In this document: piece after piece, positions 37,528-50,939 of the stretch
How the letters are laid out: each line of letters begins with the position of its first letter
How positions within the stretch are numbered: position 1 is the first letter of the stretch
NCBI RefSeq assembly: GCF_018977255.1
Contig: NW_024704743.1
Coordinates: 66,032,001-66,096,000 of the forward strand
DNA from: Callorhinchus milii
Taxonomy: Eukaryota
DNA length: 64,000 nucleotides
Reading direction: 5' to 3'
The notes under the pieces: generated by a model
What the model was told of the DNA's origin: nothing
Seen by the model: the letters and a program-made list of their open reading frames with translations, nothing else
Database searches by the model: none
Position numbers and translations under genes: made by a program

Positions 37528-39460
37528 ATAACAACTTGCACTTATATAGTGCTCTCCACGCAGGATAGCATCTCAGAGCACTCAACAACAACAACAAAAT
37601 TACATTTGTATAATGCCTTTCACATTGGGAGGTTGTCCAAGGTGCCGGACCCAAGCTGGAGGTCGGGATCGGGGAGGGTGGAGAGCGGAGGGGGAAGGGG
37701 CACGGTCAAAAAGGAGGATTTTGAGATGGGTCTTGATGGAGGTAAGGGAGGGGGCGAAGTGGAAGGACTGCGGGATGGAGTTCCAGGGGTAGGAGCAGAG
37801 TCGCTGAAGGCCCAACCACCAATGATGGGACGGGCAAGATGGGCGATGTGAAGCAGAGTTCTGGATGATCTGCAGCCTATGGAGGGAGGGGTTGGGGAAG
37901 CCGACTGGCAGGGAGTTTACAAAGTCAAGTCTGGATGTTATGAACATGTGTATGAAGGTTTCAACAGCCTGCGGTGTGAGACAATGGCAGAGCTGGGTGA
38001 TGTTGCAGAGGTAGGGGAAAGCAGAGTTGGCCGTGGGATGGATGTGGAGTAGAAAGGATAGTTGAGGGTCAAATAAGATGCCAAGGTTCTGGATTGGCTT
38101 CATAAGGTGGAGTGTGCATCCTTGGATGGTGATGCTGTCAGTGTTTGAGGTGTGGAGGCACTGACAGGAGCCAATCAATTTGTTGTTTAACTGAAGAAAG
38201 TTAGCGCTCATCGAACAGTGGCTGAGCCTGACTCCGAGCTAATGGGGGGGGTGGTGGTGACCACAAGCACGGTCGCCCAGGTAGGTTTTCAGGTGGGACT
38301 TGAAAAAGGGGAGAGAGGGGGCAAGGTGAAGGGATTGAGCGAGAGTGTTCCAGAGTTTTGGGCGTAGTGGCTAAAAGCGTGACCTCCAATGGTAGAGTGG
38401 AGGGTACATAGGACGAACAGGAGCCTGGTGCCAGTCGAGGGTAGGCACTGGGTGGTAGATTGGAGGTCGGAGAGGTAGGGAGGTGCCATGGAGTGAATGG
38501 ATTTGAACACAAGTGTGAGGATCTTGAAGTCGATCCATTTAGTGATGGGGAGCCAGTGTAGCCTGGTCAGAACTGGTGAGATGTGGCTATGGAGCTTGGT
38601 CTGGGTCACTGTGCGGGCGGCAGAGTTTTGAATGAGCTGGATCTTTTGAATAGTGAAGCTGGGGAGACCGGCGAGGAGCGCGTTTGAATAATCCAGGCAG
38701 GAGGTGACAAACGCATGCACAAGGGTTTTGGCTGCATTTGGGGTAAGGTACAGTCAGAGGCAAAGTGACAGAGGTGGAGGAAGGTCCTGGTCAGGGACCA
38801 GACGTAGGGGTGGAAGGAAATGAACTGGATGCCAAATTGTGCACTGTTTCGGTGAGTCTGAGGGAGAGCCCAGGGAGGTTAAGGAGTTCAGATCCATAGG
38901 AGTGAAGACGTTGACAGGAGCCAAGCAGTAGGGCTTCCATCATATCCACATTCAGCTGCAAGAAGTTTGCACTCATCCAGGCCCTGATGTCTGCCAGACA
39001 AGCTGGTAGAACATCGGTGACCTGGAGTCGATGCTGGAGAAGACAAAGTAGATTTGTGTATCATCCGTATACATGTGGAAGTTTACCCCATGTCTGCGGA
39101 TGACATCATCCAGAGGGAGCATATAGATGAGGAAACGAAGAGGGCCAACAATCGAGTCCTGGGGTACCCCGCAGGTGACTGGGTGAGGGTGTGAGGAGAA
39201 ACCATTTGCTGAGTTGAAATGGAGGAGTTTGGTTAAATAGGATTCGAATCACATGAATGCATTCCTTCTAAGGTGGATGAGGAAGGAAAGGTGGTGGAGG
39301 AGGAGGAGAGCGTGGTTGACTGTGTTGAACACAGCAGAGAGATCCAGGAGGATGAGAAGGCAGAGGGAGCCCTTGTCACAGACAGAGAGGACATCGTTTC
39401 TGACTTTGACAAGCGCTGTCTCTGTGCTGTGAGCAGGGCAAAAACCAGACTGCAGGGTTT
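37528..39460 (-). mobile_element. L2 subfamily A (RT to tail) with an L2 subfamily B copy (37583-38212) nested in its 3' tail
   Basis: ORFs 39249-39476 ([14 protein letters not shown]), 38289-38720 and 37600-38211. The subfamily A tail resumes at 37582-37528. Confidence 0.93.
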
Positions 39461-39838
39461 TCGTGCTGATGGTCACCCCAAGATAAAGTGGGTAGGGTAG
39501 GTATTCTGGAAGGATCAGATCAAATGAATCAAACGACCTTCTTCATCCAAACCAATCTTGTCATCTTGTGAGATCCTGCAACAAAGCTGTAGATAGGTGA
39601 GATAATCTTGAAAAAATCCTGAATAAATCTGTACATTACCAGAGGAGTTTAGAAAGCTATTTTTATAAGATAAAAATGTGAAGGAAAAACCAACATCAAT
39701 ATAGAGCAGTAGATTAATTAGATGTGAGTTTGTTTGGTTGGTAATTTTAATATATTAGAATTAATAGTACAAGAAGAAATTAATTGTGAACATATATGAA
39801 CAGTTTTATTATTGAAATAATAATCCTTATATTTGGTA

Positions 39839-40542
39839 CTAGCTGTACCTGTTGCAGCTAGGCTTGCAACCAATGGATCCAATATGGAATGTAGATTGAC
39901 ACACAGACAGACATTTCATCTTTATCTATAATAATCTGGGAGGACTCCTATGGGAGGACTCATTTTGGCCATGCTGTTCTTTGAGTGGATGACTCATTTT
40001 GGTGCACTGTTGCAGTTCTCTCAGCATTGAAGTGCAGCTACACTCTTATTTGTTCTTCAATTTCATTTAATGGGCCTTCTCTCTTTTGTCTAGCGTTTTT
40101 ATTTATCCTTGAAAGATTTGATTTTCGTTTAGGCATCTTTACAACGATAAATATAAATATATAATCACCAGGACCTCCTCCTTATGTGAAAGGCGCTTTA
40201 AAAATGTAACTTTGTTGCTTTTGCCACGGCTTAGCTTCATCTGTGTTCTTTATTTTATTCCCGCCGCCACTTGGCTACGTGCGTGCTCTGTGATGCAGGA
40301 TGCCACAGCGTCACTTTGACTCGGTGGCTACCAGATGTAACTGCAGCGAAAAATGCAAAACTGAAATAAATTTTAGGTCATAACTCATGAACAATAGGAG
40401 ATACCTGAAAACAAATATACCCATGTCATTCCCAGACACAAGACCTTTCCGATGAGGTATTAGTTATGTCTCGGCATCAATCGGTTATTGAGATCCTTCT
40501 TGAAGCGCACACAGACAGATATTGTCAATTTATTAGTATAGA
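39839..40542 (-). mobile_element. Non-autonomous composite Helitron
   Basis: The minus strand starts TCTATACTAATAAA and ends with hairpin GTTGCA..TGCAAC + AGGTACAGCTAG. It is inserted between A and T without a TSD and splits a SINE tail. Confidence 0.8.
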
Positions 40543-41645
40543 TATCACCTTTAGCATCAGAAGGATGTTTCAAAGTGGTTCATGTGATATAGATTAAGTA
40601 AGATTGAGTGATTGTGTGTTTCGTAGGTGAAATAACAGTATTGTATTTAGTATTGTATTGCATGAGCTGAAAATAATAATAACTGGTTGGTTCTCACTCC
40701 TTGTTGTACTTGCGAATTTTAGTAACCCATTCGTACTAAATGGCTTCTGCTTTTTCATAATCCTGTCAGTTTGAGGCCCCGCTCAAAGGTGTCTCAACTG
40801 AGTCAGAATTAGTCACTCAGACTGGTATTCCCAGATAATTCCAATGCCCGGTAACTGGATGTCTAATCGGAGTCTGTTTGCACTACCAGAACTTCAATAT
40901 CGACAGCTACTCTCTAAATGCTTACTCCTTTTCTTGTTTTAGAATATTACAGAGACTCGAGGATACATTCGGTAGAAAACAACAGCTCTTTATTAAGACC
41001 TAGCAACCCTCGGCTACCTTGCATATAAGAAATACAACAATGTAAGATAAACAACAATGGGATCAAATATAACTAACATAACTATAACAACTAGCAGCAC
41101 GAACAGGGTCAGGAGAAAGCTTGAAAAAGCCTGAATTTCCCATTACCTGTCAGCATTCTTAGGGTTAAGAAACAAAAGAAGCTTGACTGTATACACCAAA
41201 TCTGACTTAATTTTGTAGAGTATGCCACAGAATGATTCACAATTTGCAGCATAACATAAGTTAATTGGATCCACACCTAATTTTTGGCAGTTTTTCTTGT
41301 TTTAAATTCATTGGCATAAAACCCCGCATCAGCCATTCATCTGAATTTGTAAACCGAGTTAATAATCCCTGAAATATCATGTTCTTCCCACTCATGACAA
41401 GAAGTCAGTATGTGAAAAAAAAATGAGAATCAAAATATCGACCCCAGCAATATCATATCTGGGTAGTAATAAAGTATATTTTTTATAAATGATACTTATA
41501 TTTTGCAGTAATAAGCTTTGCATCTTACTTCTCTAGTTCCACACAGGATATTCCATCTAATGGCCTAAGAGTTGCAAAACTCACTGAGGTAAAGATTCCA
41601 TGTGTGCCTATGCCTTTCCAAAATTGCCTCTTCGAAACAGCTCAC

Positions 41646-41713
41646 CTTGGACCCATGGATAGCCCAGTTGCTATTACCAATCTTATAATGTTTTACAGTG
41701 CAGTTGCCAGAAA
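41646..41713 (-). other. Candidate 68-bp exon on the minus strand (one open frame, xSGNCTVKHYKIGNSNWAIHGSK)
   Basis: Long polypyrimidine tract with CTTAAC and an AG acceptor; donor AAG|gtgagc. Confidence 0.35.
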
Positions 41714-42409
41714 CTAAGCAGTTAAGAAGTAAAGAAAGATATCAAAAAGTAAAAGAAAATGAATGACTTAGAACTTTTCTTCTCATTTGAAGATTCAGTA
41801 TTCCATGGCATCAGCCATGTTCTTGCGATGACCTGCAGGATTCAATTGCACAAGATGAAGTGTTCAGCTGCTCATTCAAAAGTGATCTCAGACACCTTTA
41901 TGGCCATTATAAAAGTACAAAATGACTATTGTGCAAACGATTATGGTCACATTGTAAAACTATGAGAACATAGCTGGTTTGTGCCAAAGGTTAATGTAAT
42001 AATAATAATATAAAGATGGTTTGATTTATTTTAAAAAATAAACAGCACACATGTTCTGACAAATCTTTGATTGATGCTGGTCCATTTAGATTTTCAACCA
42101 CCTCTTTTCTGCTGAAAGAATAATAAACAAAAAGGGGAAAAAAAAATGATCAAAGATCTAGAAGGAATATATTATTTCTTTGAAATTCAGGACACTAAAG
42201 ACTAAGATATCAGCTTAAAGCTGCAAGTTCTATCTTATGCCCCCCTCATTCAATATATTTTGTGTAGATTCTGTGCAAAAATAGAACAGGTCAATGCTAA
42301 CTGTTATGTATGAATTGAGTTTGAACTCCATTGTAACAAAAGATTTGCCTTAGGGACTTGTTGTGCTTTTCCATTTCAGGAAAGTGATTTGCACTAGTGC
42401 TGGGTATAA

Positions 42410-43420
42410 GTAAGCAGGTCGTAGAGGTAGGGAGGTATAAGGACATAAAGTGAAATTCATATGTTCTGCAATAGGGAGCCAGTGGAGCCTGGCAAGGACT
42501 AGGTTGCTGAGTTTAGTATAGGTGAAGATACAGGCAGTTTTGAATTAATTGGATTTTATGAATGGTGGAGCTGTGGATTAATAAGAAGGGAAGAAGGGCA
42601 TTGGAAAATTGAGGCAGGAGGTAATGAATGTGTGGCTAGGAGTTTCTGCTGCATTAGGTGTGAGGTGGTATGGTTGGAGATGGATAATGTGATGGAGGTG
42701 GAGGAAAGCAGACCAGATAGGGTAGAAAGGACAGCTACGGAACAAATCTGACACTCAGAATGCACACAGGTTCACTAAGGCTGAGAAATGTAATAATAAT
42801 AATAATCCCTCTGAAACAGATCAATAATAAATTGGTCATTTTCAATCCACGACTGTTTGTGGGACACTGCTGTGCACAATTGGCTGCTGCGTTTCACCCA
42901 CAAATATACGATCAATTCACTTTACAGCATATTCTGTGAAGCGCTTTGAGACGTTGAGAAGATGTGAAAAGCGCTATATCAAATGCAAGGAGTATTATTA
43001 TTATTATTTAAGGAGATCGGAGCCGCAGGCAAGAGATGTGGATGGGAACCAAGGAGTATGTTTTTTTTCTTGTCAGCATTCAGCTGCAGAAAGTTGGTGC
43101 TCATTCAAGCAAGCAGACAAAACATTGGTCAACCTGGGGTTGTGGCTGAAGGAAGTTTGGGAGTCATCTGTATACATGTGGAAGTTGACCCCATGGGTGC
43201 AGATGAAATCACTGAGAGGGAGATGTAAATGAGAAAAAGGAGGGGCCTGGGATATTCCTGAAGTGACTGTGAGCCGGTGGGAGAAGAGTATTTTGGGGAG
43301 ACAAAATCATGCTGGTGGGTCAAGTAGGACTCAAACCAGGTGAGTGCGGACCCGGTAAGGTGAATGAAGGAGGAGAGGCGATCAAGGAGGATAACATGGT
43401 CGACTGCGTCAAAGGTCGAC
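42410..43420 (-). mobile_element. Decayed L2 interrupted by a + strand SINE 3' part (~42792-43010)
   Basis: GTCATCTGTATACATGTGGAAGTTGACCCC (reverse complement of the FHMYTDD region) and CAGCTGCAGAAAGTTGGTGCTCAT. Confidence 0.85.
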
Positions 43421-44854
43421 CCTGATCTTCATAAATATTGGACATTTATTGACAATTTCGTTCAAATGTTATTTTCAAAATCTGCATGGTTTGTTGAGGC
43501 AAAACATTTATTGAACACAAATATCTATGCTAGACATCTGTGGATAAATGTTCAGACTTCATGAGTACACCGGATCTGTTTTACCTTTTGTAGCAAATTC
43601 AGCTATTCCTCTTCATACTGTACTTCTTACCTTTATAAAACCCAGTCTAGTAACTGCACAATTCTTTACTGCTGAAGAAACTCTGCTATGTGTTCCATAA
43701 AGTTCTATAGAAACTTCTGTATTAATCACAGGAAAAAACTTGTCATCACAGTTTGTTATACTCTATCTTCCAACCTCTGTCATCTGTTTCTGACCAGTCT
43801 TATCCTTTACTTTTTAGATGATTGTGTCTTAAAATTTAATATCTTGCAAAATCATGAAAAATGCCTCACTTTAGCCTTAATTTTGAGGCTTTCCTTACAT
43901 GTTTTTTGGGTAAATTATTGTGCTAAAGATTCCAATTAACCTGATCAGTCTGTTCTCAATGTTGCGAACCACATTTAGTTGTGTAAAATGTGGTTTTCTT
44001 GCATTTTGCACCTTTACTTTGCAATTTTCCCATCAGTACATTTAGATTAGTGACATTTGATTATTATTATTATTATTATTATTATTATAAGAGTCAAAAT
44101 CGTCACTTTCTGCTTGGTAAGGTGTTAACTGCAGTTATCACTGTTAACCTCTGGCTCAGTCAATTAAATTACAATGGATATGGAAATTACACTGCTGCTA
44201 ATTGGGAAAAGAACACGGCAATTTGAGTGGAATCCACGTGGAGTAAGCTCCTAAAGAGATTTAAGGCACTGAATGCCTGACACTTGGAAAATCGGCACCT
44301 TATTCATTATGTGATCTGTGTGGCATGAACACAATACCTTACACTGAGATTGTGGATAAAGTTCAATGTCTTCACAACAACTTTTGTGATTAGTCTGGGG
44401 AATTTGCATTGCTTTCTTTGCATCTGATGTATATTAAAGCTTTCAAGGTCAAATGTACTAAATATTTAGAGTTTGTTGTGGAAGTGTTTTTTTATGTCTT
44501 TAAACTGAGATGTTTATCTCATGCTAGTTGGAATGTTGCTTCCACAGCAAAGGATAAATATTTTGATGCCTAATCATGTCATATGATAGAAACCTCCATT
44601 GGTTTTCATTGTCAGGCATGTCATCTATCAACCATCAGTAAACAATAATATGTGCTGTCAAAGTCAGTTTCAGGATCAAGGCAGAAAACAAAAGTTCTGT
44701 ATAAAAACTGAATACCAACAATTCACTTCCATATTTATCCTAAATGATTTTTCGGAACAATCTGAAAATAGGAACACTCAACATAATTGACAGAGTCAAA
44801 ATCAGTTTTACATAGGTTCAAATTTCCTTTCACCACTAAATGCAGTAAACTTGG

Positions 44855-45178
44855 TGATGTGTGTTTATAACAGGGAGAGTGCTGCATTGTTAGATGTGCC
44901 ATACTTTGGAACAGATGTTAAACTAAAGCCCCAATCATCCTGTTCAGATGGACGTTAAAGATCCTATGGGACTATTTGAAAAAAGAAGATAATTGCTTGT
45001 CCTGGCAAACAATCCTTCAGATCTGTTGGTGGGACATATGTTATGTGGAAATTGGCTGTCATGATTACCTGCAAATATACAGAAACTATTCGCAGAAAAA
45101 TCCTGGGAATACATTTCGATGATGTGATAAGGCACTCTATCAAATGCAAAGATTATATTTCTATTATCATTATTATAC
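44855..45178 (+). mobile_element. DeuSINE copy (core and tail)
   Basis: GTTCAGATGGACGTTAAAGATCCTATGGGACTATTTG. Confidence 0.85.
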
Positions 45179-46756
45179 TATATTAATTTAGATTGGCATA
45201 TGTTAATATATAGAGAACTTCTCACATCATAACTAATATGAATAATTTTTTTGCATAATAAATATGAACAATATGTCTTGAAAGATTAATTCAATTAATT
45301 GAAAGATTAATGATTATGGCCCTAGCCCAATTTAAATGTTCCTGAATTGTATTTTACATGCTTTCTGGTCTTTCAGCTTGACTTTGCTAATGTTAAAATA
45401 GCAACATTTTTGTGAATTCTGCTCAGGATTTTTTTTAAATTACATTTTGGTAATTGTCGAGCAATTAAACATTTCAATTTAATGTAAATTATAAAGAAAC
45501 TAAAGCAGGTGATCAGACATATTCTGTAGAAATAACAATCAGTTAGTGTGAGAAGTTCTCCAATGTGTATTATTACTTTACATACTGCTGTATATATCCA
45601 TCTATTTTCATTGATTGGTCACCTCCAATCCATTGCCAACTGCTTTAAAGTACAGTATTGTGCAGTAAGAAAGGTGTTTTCCTACAGAAATAGAGACTAC
45701 ACTTGACAATAATTACGATAAAGTGCTTGGAGTGTTTAGATATGATAAGGTAATATACAGATACTAGTTTCTTCTTTCTAAGTTCCTGAGATAATGACAA
45801 TCTAACAACAGTTACAATGACAGTTATCTTTAGAAGATAACCACAGTGTTGGAGCCCAGGATAAATCTCAGGGAATGCACTTTCCAGACTCCCCAACCTC
45901 TCATTATTGTGCCGTCAATCAACAACACTGTATATCTTAACAATGCATCTACTTGAAGGCCAGTGCAATGACCTCTATACCCACCTGCTCCTCTCTCTCT
46001 GTCCTTCAACATCTTTAGCCATGCAATGGCACATCCAAATTAATTTCTGTCAGCAGCAGTACCTCTTCTATTGTCCCCAGTGTGCATTTTTAGGTATGTG
46101 TGCTGGCACCTGCACATTGTGTGCGGGTGGTGGTGCTCTGTGTTGTGTAGATTGTTGTTGGAATCTGGATAATCCTGGTTCAGTTGTGGAGAACAAGAAT
46201 ATATTATATTATTAATAACGTGCCCCAGGGCTTTCATGATATCACCATTGCTGCTTCCAATGTGTATGTTTAGGCAAACAGTAACTGCATGACATCATGC
46301 CTTGACTACTGCATGGTTCAAAGAACAGATGCCTCGTATCTAATTTTAGTTTATGTTTCACTGAAAGTCCACCTGCATACTTAGGCAGCTGAACTGCCTC
46401 CAGGCAAACCATATCGGCAACCTTTGTTCTTACAATCGTCAAATGTTTCAGCTGCTGGGGGTCTCCTGCAGTGCTGATCTTTGTTGTTCTGTGGCTGGAG
46501 GTTAGTTTGACCTTTTTAATGACTATTTTGTTGGGGGGAAGGTCTCCTTGTAGCCAAACTGGTTTGTCGATCGAATGTCAGAATCGAATCAACCCGCTTT
46601 GGTGGTTTGTTTCCTGAACCAGACCAGTCCATAGTAATCCAAGACACTGCTGTTTACAGACCAGCCAGCATGCCTTTCAGGACTTTCCAGAATGCACTCT
46701 TCGCATGGGATGCAGTCCCATGCGAAGAGTGCAACAATTGCAACACTTGTACTTAT

Positions 46757-46904
46757 GTGAGACAGAGTGTGTCAGGCAGAGTGTGTGAGACAGAGAGTGT
46801 GTGAGAGAGAGAATATGAGAGTGAGAGAGAGAGAGAAAGTGAGAGAATGTGTGAGAGTAGAGAGAATATGAGAGTGAGAGAGAGTGTGCATGAGAGAAAG
46901 AGAG
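46757..46904. repeat. Degenerate (GA)/(GT) low-complexity repeat
   Basis: Direct inspection. Confidence 0.92.
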
Positions 46905-47227
46905 AGTCCTGTAGCTCAGTGGTTAGAGCGCTCATCTCGCAAGCAAGAGTCCGGGGTTTGATTCCTGGCAGGGTGAAATCTTGGGTAAGTTTCCCTGTTC
47001 CACATGCCTGATAATAATCCCTCAAGAAAAAAAACAATAATAATTTGGTGACTCAATCCACGACTGTTTGTGGGACACTGCTGTGCACAGTTGACTGCTG
47101 TGTATTGCCCTATATATACTATATACAGTCAATTCATTTTACAGTATATTCTGTGAAGCGCTTTGAGATGTATAGAAAACGTGAAAAGCGCTATATCAAA
47201 TGCAAGAATATTCTTATCATTATTATC
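46904..47227 (+). mobile_element. Full-length tRNA-Ala SINE
   Basis: GAGTCCTGTAGCTCAGTGGTTAGAGC head and L2-type tail. Confidence 0.93.
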
Positions 47228-48700
47228 TTTCTCAGTAAGAATGGACATCTCGAAGCGCTTAATCCTTTTTAGGGAATAGAGAGTAGGGAGAGTTTGGGAT
47301 ACTGACTAGAAGCACAGTTGAAGATATATGGTTTTAGGATTTTGAAGGCAGGATGAGAAGAAGCAAGGCAAATAAATTTTGGAAGAATATGCCTGAGGTG
47401 TGCAATATAATGGCTGAAGGCTCAGCCACCAGTGGTAAAGCTGGAGACAGTGAGGAACAATAGAACAGATTTGGGGAAACAATCAGAATTGGCAAGAGAG
47501 CAAGATTGGAAATCATATAAGTAAGGATTGCTGATATTGTGAGATTTGATGGTCAGAATAAGGATTTTTAGTCAACCCGTTGGATTATTAGGAGCCAGTG
47601 GAAGCTGGTGAGGATAAAACTAATTAATTAATGTGTTTATTTATTAACCTCTGAAACTCCCTCCCTCTACCACTCTGTGTCTCCCTCTCTTTCTGTCTTT
47701 AAATCCGAGCTCAAATCCTAGCTCCTATGGTGCTTTCCCAGGTCAGGTTTATGACTTTGAACAAAAACTCACTTCTGATCCAATATATGCAAGGCAGACA
47801 AACCTGAATCGAATCTCTCCTTTGTCCCACTTAGCTACATGTTCTTCCAAATAAGTTACTACCTTATTCAAAACCAAAAGATATTACAGGTCAATGATAA
47901 CTAACTAAGCCTATGCATCAGCAAAATAACTATATTTTAAAGCAACTGCTTTAGCTTTCAGAACAGAATCACCAACATTTTTCATCACAAGATATGAACT
48001 CTGAACACAGGGAGCAAGGGAGATTAAAGTAATCTTAGCATATGCTAGAAATGCGAATGTTGATATTCCACCAAGAAAAAAATATTATACGATGTAAATA
48101 AAATGTTCCGCTGAAACCAAAGTGGCCAGTGCAGCTATTTCCACAATTTAGTTTCTGAATTATACTATTAGTAGCTAGCATATTCAAAGTTAAATCGTTT
48201 ATCCTCCAGACGTGAAAGGCGCTATACAAATGTAATCTTATTGTTGTTGTTTATTTAGTTACCAGCATACTAGCTTAAGTTGTGAATAACCTTGTTTATA
48301 CTCCATGGCAATGTTGGAAAATTCCACTCAGTAACTTGCCTCGGGGCAAGTTAATCACCAACTCTGGCAACTTACTGGCAGTGCATGTAACACTCAACAT
48401 CTTCCCTCCACCTCTGAATCCCCTCTCCACTGCTTGAGATCTGTTACAGCCTCAATTTGTACTTCCTTCTAATATACACTGTCTACCAACTTTATTCAAT
48501 TTTAGAAATTATTTTTACAGTTGCAATTTTTGAAAGCGATAAAGCTGATACGAGCAAGCAAAATAAATTTAAAATTGTGAAAAATTCTCAAATTCATTCA
48601 TAATTTGGAAGTTGATTCTTTTTGAACTGGAGTAAAACAAATAACTATTATAATTATGATGGTTCAGTTCGTTCTTTGAAATCACTTGTGTAATTAACAG

Positions 48701-48806
48701 ATATACACTCAAATGAACTTGACATGCTACAGGAAAACAAAACAATTCATCAGCTGCAAAAGATGGATGGAGACAGCTTTTACACAGCTGTCTTTCACTT
48801 TGAAAA
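48701..48806 (+). CDS. Candidate 106-bp internal exon (xIHSNELDMLQENKTIHQLQKMDGDSFYTAVFHFEx), gene unidentified
   Basis: taattaacAG acceptor, AA|gtaaga donor, 34 open codons, non-repeat context. Confidence 0.3.
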
Positions 48807-49554
48807 GTAAGAAGTGATGTGGAAAACAACATTAACTAAAATTGCTGCGAAACTGTCTACTGGTAAACAACAAACCACATTGCCTTCAACAATCTAACGC
48901 TGTGTTTATAGTTCTAAGAGCAAAGCTGCTTTAATTCCAGCAGCACAGCGATGTGGAGCAGATAGCCTCATTTAAACTCCCATTCTACCTCGTACCACCA
49001 TTACGATGTTAACTCCCAGTTTCAGAGTTCAGTACAGTCCGGTGTTAGTTTTCGAATCTTGTTTAAAAGGTGGTTGTGAGATCGGATCTGCAATAGCATT
49101 GCAGCTCTTCAGATCCTACCTCTCATGAAGGGCGCTATATAAATGCAAGTTGTTTTTGTAAAAAATAATCCTTGGAAAGCTCTGGATTGTCCATTGGACT
49201 GGCTGCATATATTTCAATGGAGCATAAATATATATATGTGTGTATATATATACACAGGTATATATAGCACTGGGTGCAAATTGTTCTGCTTCTGAAACAG
49301 TGTGCTTCGTGTTGAATGGATACCTCAAGGTACTAAACAAATATGACAGGGAACAGCAAGTAATGAGAAAGGAAAAACAATTAATAATGTTAATTAAAAG
49401 CATGGTCAAAGAGATATGTTTTGAAGAGGTTTTTGAAGTCAGGACAAAAGGAAAAAAGCTGAAGGCTTAGCCACCAATGATGTGAAGGAGAGTGAGGAAT
49501 GAGCAGAAGAATAGACCTAGGCATTGTTTGGAGAGGGCTTCCGTGTGATTTGGT

Positions 49555-49990
49555 GACACTCTCCAAGGCTGGTGCAACAAATTGAACACAGAACTTCAAA
49601 TGCAATATGACCAGCATTCTACTTAACTGGAGAAGCAGCATCTTATTTTTTTATATATAAAGCCTTGTAATAAATGCCAGCATCCCATTTGCTTTTTTAA
49701 CTGTTTTCTGCACCTGTAAATTAGATGGCCAATTTCTGGAGAATTGTGAGCCAGACACTGGGAGCAACAACCTACTTTTTTCAAGCATTGTAATGGGAGA
49801 TTTAACATCCATCCAAACAAGCAGATGGGACCAAGATTTAAAGTTTTATCTGAAGTATAGTCCCTCTGATAATGCAGGGTTCTTCTAATTCTGCACTGGA
49901 AGGTCAGCTTAGACTGTGAGTTCAAAGTTTAAGCATTGAACTTGAACCCATACTTTTTGACTCAGATAAGATTACTACAATCTGCACAAA
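49555..49990 (-). mobile_element. Decayed CR1 fragment (49555-49715) abutting a DeuSINE (49715-49990)
   Basis: ANGMLAFITR and HLKFCVQF remnants; Deu core ATTTAACATCCATCCAAAC. Confidence 0.75.
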
Positions 49991-50319
49991 ATTGACATAT
50001 CTTTATTAGTTATGTGTTATGTTGTACTTGATCAGTTAACAAGATGGTTATTCACTCAGAATATTCAGAAAATTATATTATAGATTTGAAAAACATTCTG
50101 ATGGTTAACATTTATCAAACTGTGTCAATTGTTGAGCTGTCCTCGAACAAAAAAGGTTGTTATGCTTCATACAGAGCTATACATCATATCTAAAAGCCAT
50201 AGATAAGAACAAATATTATCAAAAAGCTTTGGTCTGTTTACTGAGTATACAACTAAAACACATTGCCCCCATTAACCAAAATTCACTGCAAGTGTCTAGT
50301 AGTGCAGACAGTACATCTG

Positions 50320-50830
50320 TAAAACCCACAAAATGAGATTAGAAACAGCTTTTTTACAGCGAGATGAGAAAACAAACATGCTGATCAAATATGTTAAGAG
50401 AAAATCTTTCTGCAAGACATGTGCAGACAGCAAAGTACTGGGAATCAACCATCTAACTCATAGCTGAGAACTAGAAAGACATGAACAGAGACCTCCTATA
50501 ATAATAATTCTAATAATAACAATCAATTATAAAAACAGGAAATCACCTGCATTGACCAGTTACAGATTTTTTATTGAATAATTTTACATCAAGTCATGAA
50601 ACAATTGTGGGAGAATTCTCAAAATTCATCAGAAATCCTGAAACAGCACCCAAATGCCTGATGTCTGATTTGACCATACTAATTGCAAAGAATGTACAAA
50701 CAAAAACTCCCAAAAAGTTGTCCCAGAATGTGCTTGCCAACCCTATAAGATAATAACATATAAACATCTGATTCAGAACAATATAATACCAATGAGCAAA
50801 AAGGATGTTGAAAAGGATCTTATGGATTAA
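50320..50830 (+). mobile_element. R4/Dong-clade RT N-terminal fragment, decayed
   Basis: Manual translation gives KSP.IDQ, FTSSHE, IRNPETAPK, TILIAK, CLPTL, KHLIQNNII and EQKGC*KGSYG. Confidence 0.75.
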
Positions 50831-50939
50831 ATTTCATAAATAGTACAAAGAAGAAATCGAAAACTAAATTGATCTTACAATATGAAGGGGATATTATTTT
50901 GACAAATGAAATTAAATAAAGATAGGAGATTAATTTTCA

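Noticed and set aside
46242..46442. QLPKYAGGL as an L1/Tx1 RT-thumb remnant
   Set aside because: It is a single short motif with no supporting collinear motifs.
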